A stretch of DNA of 64,000 nucleotides from Candidatus Heritagella intestinalis. Its GTDB lineage: Bacteria > Bacillota > Clostridia > Oscillospirales > Acutalibacteraceae. The notes beneath the pieces were generated by a model. It was not told the origin of the DNA and made no database searches. It saw only the letters and a program-made list of their open reading frames with translations. The stretch's first letter is position 1. Each line of letters opens with the position of its first letter. The stretch covers positions 30,223 through 94,222 of the forward strand of contig CAJFQF010000002.1 of assembly GCA_904418995.1 (NCBI GenBank). The letters run 5' to 3'. Positions 25,956 through 33,729 of this stretch are shown here, piece by piece. Position numbers and translations under genes: made by a program.

Positions 25956-27188
25956 TTACTCAATTTCCAGCTGGAAGCGATCCACCTGTTTTCCAAAGAG
26001 CCCTGCATACCCGTCCTGATTGTTTTTAGTCTCGGTGTCGTACTGCCAGGAGTAGTAGTCGCTGTTCACGGGGCTGACGCGGTACTTGGCCTTTTTGTAG
26101 GGGCGGATGCTGTCGGGGGTGTAGTAATAGATCTGGATAGCGTCAATGGGCTTACCGTTGCCAGCATAGCCTTTGGCCGAATCATTAACATTGTATCCGG
26201 TGATCCATCCCAGCCAGCCGCCGCCTTTGACATGTACCCGGTATTTGACGCTACCCTTACTCACCTTGATAGCCACATCAGTAATAGCATATCCCTTCAA
26301 TCCGGCGTAGTCACTCAGGTCTTTAACCTCCGGCAGCCAGCGACCCTCGGTAGTGCGCACCCGATAAGTGGCCGTCACGACGTCGAAAGAGGCACCGGGG
26401 CTGGGTTTGCTGGCGGAGGTGGAGCCGGAAGAGCCGCCCTTGAGCTTGCTGTTTACCAGCGCCTGGATAGCGTCAGGGTCATAACCGGCGGCCTTGAGCT
26501 TGGCCTTGCGATCGTCGCCGTTGCCCCACTTGCCAGCGATTACTTCGTCCGCAATTTCGGCGTTGGACTTTTTCCCGGAGGGGGCGGACTCAGAAGAGCC
26601 GGAAGATGCGGAGCCGCCGGAAAGAGCCTTTTGCACATCTGCCCGGAAGTCATCCATATTCTTGCCGTGCTTGGGGAACCAGTGCAGCACGTCCCCATGG
26701 TTGGAAGCGATACCCCGGTCGTGGCCCTCGCTGTGGCAGATGACGTCCTCTGCCGTCAGGCCGTATTCCTTGCACAGATAGGCGCAAAGTTCCACGGCCT
26801 CCTGGTATACGGCGGAGAAGTAGTCGGCGTCCGTCAGATCATCCTCGCAAATCTCGAAAGAGATGTGGGTATCGTTGCCGGAGCCTTTGGAACCGGAGCC
26901 GCAGTGCCAGCCGCGATGGTCCCAAGGCAGCACCTGATAGGTGGCAATAGAGCCGTCTGCCAGTTTGCCAATAAAGGCGTGGGGGCACACCTCCCGCCCG
27001 TCGGGCTTGTCCTGGTTCCAGTGGTTGCCGTACTGATTTTTTCCCAGTAGGCCATCATCCGGGCCGACATAGCGCTTGAGGTTGGGGTTGTTGGCCCCGG
27101 TGCTATGTACCATGATGCCCTTTGGGGTAATCTTGCGGCCTGCCTTGTAGCAGGCGTTTTCCGTAAAAATGAGCTTATGCAGATTCAT
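25956..27188 (-). CDS. endolysin: N-acetylmuramoyl-L-alanine amidase (Amidase_2/PGRP-type) + CW_7 repeat + C-terminal wall-binding-like domain
   Basis: IMVHSTGANNP...HAFIG...WHCG...EICED...CHSEGH zinc-amidase pattern. KWGNGDDRKAKLKAAGYDPDAIQALVN is Cpl-7-like. ATG 27188 follows the RBS AGGAGGG. Confidence 0.85.
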   Translation of the reverse strand: MNLHKLIFTENACYKAGRKITPKGIMVHSTGANNPNLKRYVGPDDGLLGKNQYGNHWNQDKPDGREVCPHAFIGKLADGSIATYQVLPWDHRGWHCGSGSKGSGNDTHISFEICEDDLTDADYFSAVYQEAVELCAYLCKEYGLTAEDVICHSEGHDRGIASNHGDVLHWFPKHGKNMDDFRADVQKALSGGSASSGSSESAPSGKKSNAEIADEVIAGKWGNGDDRKAKLKAAGYDPDAIQALVNSKLKGGSSGSTSASKPSPGASFDVVTATYRVRTTEGRWLPEVKDLSDYAGLKGYAITDVAIKVSKGSVKYRVHVKGGGWLGWITGYNVNDSAKGYAGNGKPIDAIQIYYYTPDSIRPYKKAKYRVSPVNSDYYSWQYDTETKNNQDGYAGLFGKQVDRFQLEIE

Positions 27189-27190
27189 AG

Positions 27191-27862
27191 TCATCCCTCC
27201 TGTTTTTCCCACGCCTGCGGATAGTCCGTAGGCGAAAAGTTGGTATCGCTGATGCACTTATACAGCGCACCATCCGTCCAGATCATGTACTCCCCGGCCT
27301 TGTAGATGTCCGTGGCGTTGGTGGGAGCTGCCCAGGACATAGCCGTTTCCGGCGTTGTGCCGTGGAGAGGCCGGTTAAACGTCCGCCACGCCGAAGAGCC
27401 AGGGTAGATATCCGGATAGACGGCGGTATCATAGGCGGCAAAACACTCCCAGACCTGCCCAATGGCAGTGTAGATATCGTCCACCTCGTGCTTGCCCTCT
27501 GCCCACTCCGGCCAGAGCCCCGCCACGGCGATCCGCTGGTTGTCGGTTTGGAGGTCAGCTGTCTTGAGCAGTTCTTTGCCCAGAGCTGCCAGTGAGTCCG
27601 TAGCGCTGGGAATGTACTTGGATTGCAGATAGGTGTTTTCCCCAGCATCCAGCATGGCCTGGGCGTCGTCGCAGGGGGTGGTGGTGTCTGGCAGCGTTAT
27701 GCCGTCAATCCACTCATGCTCCGGGGGAATTTCCACCGGTTCCACTTCTCCTCCCGTAAAATCCGCGATTGCCTGGGCGGACTTCTCATCTACAAAATAT
27801 GCGTCTTCCACCTTGTACCGGCAGAGGCGCACTGTCATACCTTCCATTGCGATTTGTGTCAT
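27191..27862 (-). CDS. tail-associated protein with CBM5/12-like carbohydrate-binding repeats
   Basis: YKAGEYMIWTDGALYKCISDTNFSPTDYPQAWEK and an earlier W.EW..G..V.DIY...GQVWEC motif resemble chitin-binding-type repeats. Confidence 0.4.
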   Translation of the reverse strand: MTQIAMEGMTVRLCRYKVEDAYFVDEKSAQAIADFTGGEVEPVEIPPEHEWIDGITLPDTTTPCDDAQAMLDAGENTYLQSKYIPSATDSLAALGKELLKTADLQTDNQRIAVAGLWPEWAEGKHEVDDIYTAIGQVWECFAAYDTAVYPDIYPGSSAWRTFNRPLHGTTPETAMSWAAPTNATDIYKAGEYMIWTDGALYKCISDTNFSPTDYPQAWEKQEG

Positions 27863-27872
27863 GATGTCCTCC

Positions 27873-28994
27873 TTAATAAGAGTTGTTGTCGATCAATACA
27901 CGGCTACCCATGGTAGTGATTTGTTTGCCTGGGGTGATATTGCTGGTGATGACGTTGCGCTCGCCTGCAATCGCTATAGGGTGACCGCTGGGAGTTTGGA
28001 TGGTATCGTCCAGCGCCACATAGTTGCCAGTCACGTTAATGTATTGGCAGTACTGGCTTTGTGTATAAATCCCATATGAACTGTAGTTCAATACAATATT
28101 GTTTATAATGTTGTATCCAACTACAGTCCCGTTTACCATAATCCCGTTGTTAACAGTATTAAAGTAGTTATTGGAAATCGTTACCCGGTTGCTGTTGAGG
28201 CAGTTAATGCCGGTATAAGCGTTGCGTACATAGCACTCATCGATAACAACATCATCCCCGGAAATCGCCAGCCACGGTTGTGTCCCGCCGGAATCCCCCG
28301 TGCGGCTGCACCGGTATACCCTTGCACCGCTATGAGTGTTGGCCGTGCCGCCGATCTGCGCAATCGTGAAATCGGCACCCAGTAATAGGGCATCGGTTCC
28401 AGTAATGGTCATGCTGGGAACGGAAGCATTTGTAAATTTGCAATTTTTGAGTTGGAATCCAGATCCAGACACAACGACCGTCGCCTGTCCGCTGGTTCGG
28501 GAATCCTGAATTACAAAGCCTTGAAGCGTCACGTTTTCACCAGTAACGGAAATCATAGAGGCGCTGCTTTGGTTGGCCAGAATGGACGCCCGATGATTCC
28601 CCGCCAGCGTGATATTGTCGCCGGAAATGGTCAGAGTGCTGGTGAGCACATAAGTGCCATCCAAAAAGTACACCACCCCACCCTCTTCTGGCAGGGCCGC
28701 AATCGCCTGGCTGATGGTGGTTTGGTCCGCGGTGCCGTCACAAAGATAATCACAGTCATCCTCAGTCCAGCCTGCTGTGCTGGTGCCAACGACTACCCGA
28801 TAGGTGCGGGGGCTTCCGCCCCCAGAAGGCCGCCCGGCCAGTTCTTCCAAAGCGTCCTGCACATTGGTGGAACCCAATCCAGAATCACCAGGCGTAAAAG
28901 AGACATTGACAGCTGATGCGTTTACTGTGTTGTCTCTGACTTTGCCAATCGCATCATCGATCTGCTGGCCTGTCCATTGGCTGTTGTAAGGCAT
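27873..28994 (-). CDS. tail spike / receptor-binding protein with right-handed parallel beta-helix (possible depolymerase)
   Basis: Repetitive ITL.GN, VTLQGF, NC.F.N, ISGDDVVIDECYV, ISNNYF, GNYV beta-helix rungs. Confidence 0.6.
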   Translation of the reverse strand: MPYNSQWTGQQIDDAIGKVRDNTVNASAVNVSFTPGDSGLGSTNVQDALEELAGRPSGGGSPRTYRVVVGTSTAGWTEDDCDYLCDGTADQTTISQAIAALPEEGGVVYFLDGTYVLTSTLTISGDNITLAGNHRASILANQSSASMISVTGENVTLQGFVIQDSRTSGQATVVVSGSGFQLKNCKFTNASVPSMTITGTDALLLGADFTIAQIGGTANTHSGARVYRCSRTGDSGGTQPWLAISGDDVVIDECYVRNAYTGINCLNSNRVTISNNYFNTVNNGIMVNGTVVGYNIINNIVLNYSSYGIYTQSQYCQYINVTGNYVALDDTIQTPSGHPIAIAGERNVITSNITPGKQITTMGSRVLIDNNSY

Positions 28995-28998
28995 ACTC

Positions 28999-29373
28999 TC
29001 ACCCCCTCATGCATAAAAACTCTTCTCCATCTGCTGTAGTCAGCCCATCACTGCCAGACGGGATAAAAGCGTAGTTGTCATTCCATGCGCCGCCCTCGCT
29101 TTGAGCAAACAAGGAAATTCTGTACTCACCATCCCCCTGCACCAGATAGTCATCATAAATCTCAAACGTTCGCTCAGTTCCTGAAGGGGTAAAAGAAAAG
29201 GACGCCACAAGAGCGCCCTTTCCCACACCGTATTCCTCTCCAACGCGGGTAGCGCGGCACTCGAACGCCTGATAGGCAATATCAGACGAGAATGTCACGC
29301 TAATGCTGTCGAACCCCGTTTCATCGGAAATCTTGTTGGAACTATGCTCGAACGTCAACTGCGGGGCGGGCAT
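28999..29373 (-). CDS. phage structural hypothetical protein
   Basis: Co-oriented and tightly packed within the fibre module. Confidence 0.4.
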   Translation of the reverse strand: MPAPQLTFEHSSNKISDETGFDSISVTFSSDIAYQAFECRATRVGEEYGVGKGALVASFSFTPSGTERTFEIYDDYLVQGDGEYRISLFAQSEGGAWNDNYAFIPSGSDGLTTADGEEFLCMRG

Positions 29374-30035
29374 TATGCCACGCTCCAGGTGCCAGCCGCC
29401 GTGCGGACAAACACCTTGATGATCTTAACGCCATCACCACCAGAAACGGTCTCCAAGTCGGTGCCGTTAATCATCACCTGAATGGGGGTAGATGCTTCAT
29501 AATCACCATCGCTGCCAGAGGTGTTGGTAGAACCAGCAGTGGTGGGAATCACCTGACCGGCTTCCTGCGTAGAGCTGTTCTGAGGCACCACACAGACCTT
29601 GTACTCCTCAAATGCCACGTCAGCAGAGAAGGAGAAGCGGCTCTCGTTGAAGGTGGCAACCTTAGAAATCTTAGACTTATCCGGCCCAGTAATGGTCACG
29701 CTGGGAACCTTAGTATCCAGAATAATGGTGTCCGTTACGGCGGAAGTCTCGTTACCTACATCGTCTCGTACTTTCACGTATACTGTTTTTTGACCATCAC
29801 CAGAAATTAAGGTGATGGACTTAGAGGGGGTATATGTTTCCCAACTTGCGTCATCTTCGTTTTCAGCGCTGTTGATGCCCCAAATTTTCATCTGGTATCC
29901 AGTAGTAGGGGAGTCCTCTACTTCCACAGAGAGCGTTACCGTAGCAGACGTAGTATATTCTGCGCTGTCATTAAGGCTAACCGTTAACCCGGTTGGGGCC
30001 AGAGTATCCAATGTTAAGTTAAAAAAGCTTGCCAT
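29373..30035 (-). CDS. phage structural protein with Ig/FN3-like repeats
   Basis: Beta-rich Thr/Ser/Val composition (TVTLSVEVED, KTVYVKVRDDVGNETS). Lies in the fibre module. Confidence 0.4.
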   Translation of the reverse strand: MASFFNLTLDTLAPTGLTVSLNDSAEYTTSATVTLSVEVEDSPTTGYQMKIWGINSAENEDDASWETYTPSKSITLISGDGQKTVYVKVRDDVGNETSAVTDTIILDTKVPSVTITGPDKSKISKVATFNESRFSFSADVAFEEYKVCVVPQNSSTQEAGQVIPTTAGSTNTSGSDGDYEASTPIQVMINGTDLETVSGGDGVKIIKVFVRTAAGTWSVA

Positions 30036-30184
30036 TACGCATCATTCTCCTTTGTGTTCAGTTCGATATAAATGTATCCTCCAGACCGTTCGTAAATCGG
30101 ATTCCCACCCGACATGACGGTCTTAATCCCCATGTCGCCAACAAAAATTTCAGAGATGGGGGTATTCCCCTGATTTATGTCCAT
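30035..30184 (-). CDS. small hypothetical protein (49 aa, below the ORF-track cutoff)
   Basis: Own translation gives MDINQGNTPISEIFVGDMGIKTVMSGGNPIYERSGGYIYIELNTKENDA. RBS GAGAGGA upstream. TAATG stop/start overlap with the next gene. It fills an otherwise empty gap. Confidence 0.4.
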   Translation of the reverse strand: MDINQGNTPISEIFVGDMGIKTVMSGGNPIYERSGGYIYIELNTKENDA

Positions 30185-30188
30185 AAAC

Positions 30189-30545
30189 TCATCCTCTCAA
30201 GAAATATAAAATCCGAGTGTTGTTGCGATCGCTTTCGGGCAAGACCTCATAATCGGTTCTGTCCATTACCCGAATCGTATCGACATCGGGAGAAGAAATC
30301 CCTCCGCTACCGCCATCAAATCCAATCAGACCGTTAAATCCAACCAGATACAAAGAAACCGTCTGGGTTGACTCGTCCACGACTGTGACAGGCTGGCCCA
30401 CGACGGCTGTAGGATTGTTGACGGCATATTCCTGCGCGTCTTCATAACTGTAAAAGACAGAGCTGGCATCCAGGGGGAAATTGCCCTGGCGCTTAATGGA
30501 CAGAGGGAATTCCATAAAGCTGTAGTTCTTATTGACTTGCGCCAT
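30189..30545 (-). CDS. phage structural hypothetical protein
   Basis: Co-oriented within the fibre module. Confidence 0.4.
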   Translation of the reverse strand: MAQVNKNYSFMEFPLSIKRQGNFPLDASSVFYSYEDAQEYAVNNPTAVVGQPVTVVDESTQTVSLYLVGFNGLIGFDGGSGGISSPDVDTIRVMDRTDYEVLPESDRNNTRILYFLRG

Positions 30546-30562
30546 GTTTTCTCATTCCCCCT

Positions 30563-32347
30563 TTAGTCCAAAGTAACTTTCAACGTAGCCGGATTCTCGT
30601 ATGGGAGTGCTGGCTCAAATGTCCACACATTATAAGCCAGAGGGTGATACCCATTAGCACCGGCCACATCCACAGAGGTTTTTGTAAAAGTGCTGGTCAC
30701 ATCTGCATTCAAAGCAGTCTCATTGATTACTCGCGTCACACCTACCGCCGTTCCAATACAAGCAATGCAAACACGCACTGCACCTGCCGGGACATTCAAA
30801 GTCAGTGTGGTGGCCCCGTAAGCTTTGCCGCTTCCAGTCAGGCTCCGAATATAATCACTGTTGATTGGCGGCTTGCCCGTTGTAGCTCCATAAAAATACT
30901 GCCGAAAACTTGTGTAAGCGGAAGTGTTTTGGGACTTGCTCCCCGCCTGAATCTGGACGGGAGGATTCGATTCGTCTCCCAGATTATCCAAGGCAACGAC
31001 ACCGGCGCTGTGTTTTACAGTTACCGTATAGCGCAGGCTGGAGACTGTGTTAGTCTCTCCGCCATCACCGATTACAAAGCCTGCTCCGCCATTATCATCG
31101 GTTCCGCTATTGCTTGCAGCGATCCCCGTTTGACTCATAGAAGAGGGGACGGCAACCCGATCTACCTGATATGATTCAGCGGTTACCCCGGTAGCTGGGC
31201 CATAAGTGTAGGAACCCGGATTCAATCTGGCCGTTCCAAAACTTACGGACGCCAATGTTGTACCGGCTTCCACGGCTTTAGCCCCACTCAGTGCGAATCC
31301 TGTTACAGATGGCTGAGCGGTAATGGAGGGCTGCAAGCGTTTGGAAAGAATCTCCACAAAGGCTTCCAAGACAGATTTACCCTTGACTGCAAACACAGAA
31401 GTGCCGTTAGCCGATTTTGTGAGGTTGCCAAACTGTGTGTAGTTTCCCGCCAATGTAATATCCTGTGAGAAGATCACGTTGTCCGCATCAAGAGATTCCG
31501 CTCTTTCTCCTGGGTCTCCCTTTGGAATCACAAAATCAAAAACAGCGGCATTTTCTGTACCGCTGTTCGTCACTTCTGCCGGAGTTCCCGGCTCACCAGT
31601 TGTTACAGTTCCAACCTGAATTGTGGCCGCCTGGCCTGGATCTCCCTTATCGCCATCCTTGCCCGAAGGCCCCATAATATTAACGGGTTCTGGGTTCGGC
31701 AAGTCCTTATCGTTTGTCCAACTAATGATCCCGTCCTCAGAGACATCAGGAACAAAGGTAGCGCCATTTTCGCCGGAACCTCCACCCCCTGTTGGGTCTT
31801 TCCATTCCATGTCCCTGTCTGCGTCCGATTTTTTAGTAAGGACTTGTCCGGCAGTGCCTCCAAGAGGAACGACATTCTTAGCCTCTTCAGCAGATTGCGC
31901 CGCACTGTCCGCTGCTTCCTGTGCTTCTTTCACCAGCTCGTCAAGCGTCTTGAATTCGTCGGTACTGTCGATTTCCCCTTGTGCAACAGGATTCTCAACG
32001 ACATTTAAAATACAGGGAAAGGAGTAGATGGCGTTTTCACCATCAATTACCTCAACGACAAAGGGATGCTCACCCACTACCACGCACATTTGCTGTGTCA
32101 CTTGAAACAAAGCAAGATTTCCCTGCAAAACAGAAGAGGGATTTAATACAACCTTTCCATCGCTTTTTTCCATGCGTAAATTGACGCTAAAGCCCTCAGG
32201 AATAGGCCAAATCCTGCGATTGTCAAAAAAAGAGACAGCCATAAACCGAACATTGCTGTCATACTGCATCACATCAATTTTTTCAGGAGAGTGGGGCGCA
32301 GATTGGAAATCGCAGGGGATGTGCCGAATTACATCATACTTCTCCAT
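30563..32347 (-). CDS. tail fibre protein with BppU-like N-terminus and a short collagen-like segment
   Basis: GPSGKDGDKGDPGQ Gly-X-Y run and the IPKGDPGE motif. The N-terminal beta domain is paralogous in layout to the upstream gene. Confidence 0.6.
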   Translation of the reverse strand: MEKYDVIRHIPCDFQSAPHSPEKIDVMQYDSNVRFMAVSFFDNRRIWPIPEGFSVNLRMEKSDGKVVLNPSSVLQGNLALFQVTQQMCVVVGEHPFVVEVIDGENAIYSFPCILNVVENPVAQGEIDSTDEFKTLDELVKEAQEAADSAAQSAEEAKNVVPLGGTAGQVLTKKSDADRDMEWKDPTGGGGSGENGATFVPDVSEDGIISWTNDKDLPNPEPVNIMGPSGKDGDKGDPGQAATIQVGTVTTGEPGTPAEVTNSGTENAAVFDFVIPKGDPGERAESLDADNVIFSQDITLAGNYTQFGNLTKSANGTSVFAVKGKSVLEAFVEILSKRLQPSITAQPSVTGFALSGAKAVEAGTTLASVSFGTARLNPGSYTYGPATGVTAESYQVDRVAVPSSMSQTGIAASNSGTDDNGGAGFVIGDGGETNTVSSLRYTVTVKHSAGVVALDNLGDESNPPVQIQAGSKSQNTSAYTSFRQYFYGATTGKPPINSDYIRSLTGSGKAYGATTLTLNVPAGAVRVCIACIGTAVGVTRVINETALNADVTSTFTKTSVDVAGANGYHPLAYNVWTFEPALPYENPATLKVTLD

Positions 32348-33728
32348 TTGCCACCTCGTTTTCTACCGCAATTATATTTGCTGGACTTGCCTGCGTATCT
32401 ACATACCAGTCCATATCAATACAAATCCAGGATAACTGGCCGTCGAAGCGGTTTCCGGTTTGCAGAGAATACACCCATTCCACATACAGATTTCGAGCGG
32501 AACCAATCAGCAGACGGCCTAACTGGAATCCTGTCGCCATAGCGCCTTTGTAGACGTTTCCAGGTGGGCCGTATCCCTCTGGCAGTTGGGCGATCAGCGC
32601 CAGATTCGTCCCATCAATCTTTATAGCCACATCTCCGGAAACAAACACATGGTTACCGATTATCCGATATTGGGGTTTGCGGTATGGGCCCGGAGTAGCT
32701 CCGCTGGCCAGAGGCAGGTCGTGCCATTCCGTAGAAGCATCATCCATGATGTTTTTTGCGCTTTCCTGGGCGGTAGTTCCACCTCCGCCACCTTGTGAAA
32801 TAGGGATTACCGCATCATCAGCCATTGCCCCTAAAGCGCTTCTTGCGCCTGCTGCTGTAGAGGAACCGGTGCCTCCTTTAGAAACGGGAAGCGTCCCCGT
32901 CAAACTGGTACTTGTCAGTGCGTGTGTGTGAGTCAAAGAAGCAGCCCCCAAAGCAGAACGGGCAGCGGAAGAAGTTGTAGCCCCTGTGCCACCCTTAGAA
33001 ATAGGAAGCGTCCCTGTAAGGCTTGTGCTGGACAGCGAATGTGTGTGACCCGTAGCGGCAGCACCCAATGCGGCACGAGCGGACGTTGCGTTCGTTGCCC
33101 CTGTGCCACCTCGTGTTATGGGGATGGTTTCTGTATTCTTAACAAAATCATCTTCAATTTTTTTACTGCTGTAAACAGTAGAGGGAGAAGCGGACGAATC
33201 GTTGATAAGCGTCCCATCTACAGCTTCTTCAATACTATCTGCGATATTGTTTGCCCGATCTGCTGCTGTATTAGCAGCCTGCGCCGCAGAAGTTGCTGTG
33301 CTTGTCGCAGCATTGGCTGCATCAACCGCTTCCTGCAATTCCTCAAAAAAGCCTCCGTCTCCGGTGTCACTGTCCACCAGGGAGTTAATATTGCAAGGGG
33401 TTACTGTCATGCTCAGGCCATCCAACCGGATCTCGACATCATCCGCAATCAATATCAGCCAGCAATCAAATGTCCCTGGGTTTTCCGTTGCTTTGCTAGG
33501 TATGGAAATATGTCCTTCCGTATTGTGTTGTACGCTTACCGTGTAAACAAGCGCTTCCGTTCCGGTGTTAATGGCAAGCTTAACGTTATATTGAGACAAG
33601 TCAACAAATCCGCCCTCATTGGTCTTGACCTTAAACACGAAAGGACGGTTACTTTCATTCTGCGTTACTTGCATCTGTGCGTTCTGCCATTTAGCCCCCA
33701 GCTCCAAAATAATGGTTTGTGCGACCAT
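32334..33728 (-). CDS. tail fibre protein with GGTGA-type repeats
   Basis: The 39-aa unit GGTGAT..SARAALGA...THTHxLxSTSLTGTLPxSK is repeated 2.5 times. A coiled Ala-rich neck is present. Confidence 0.6.
   Translation of the reverse strand: MVAQTIILELGAKWQNAQMQVTQNESNRPFVFKVKTNEGGFVDLSQYNVKLAINTGTEALVYTVSVQHNTEGHISIPSKATENPGTFDCWLILIADDVEIRLDGLSMTVTPCNINSLVDSDTGDGGFFEELQEAVDAANAATSTATSAAQAANTAADRANNIADSIEEAVDGTLINDSSASPSTVYSSKKIEDDFVKNTETIPITRGGTGATNATSARAALGAAATGHTHSLSSTSLTGTLPISKGGTGATTSSAARSALGAASLTHTHALTSTSLTGTLPVSKGGTGSSTAAGARSALGAMADDAVIPISQGGGGGTTAQESAKNIMDDASTEWHDLPLASGATPGPYRKPQYRIIGNHVFVSGDVAIKIDGTNLALIAQLPEGYGPPGNVYKGAMATGFQLGRLLIGSARNLYVEWVYSLQTGNRFDGQLSWICIDMDWYVDTQASPANIIAVENEVANGEV
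32826..33122 (-). repeat. 117-bp tandem coding repeat (about 2.5 copies) in the tail fibre gene
   Basis: GGTGA motifs at aa 207, 246 and 285 of the 464-aa product. The repeat is visible at nucleotide level. Confidence 0.8.
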
Positions 33729-33729
33729 T

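Noticed and set aside
27191-33728. Diversity-generating retroelement acting on the tail fibre genes
   Set aside because: No reverse transcriptase ORF and no template/variable repeat pair with A-specific mismatches is in the window. The 117-bp repeat is an ordinary in-frame tandem repeat.
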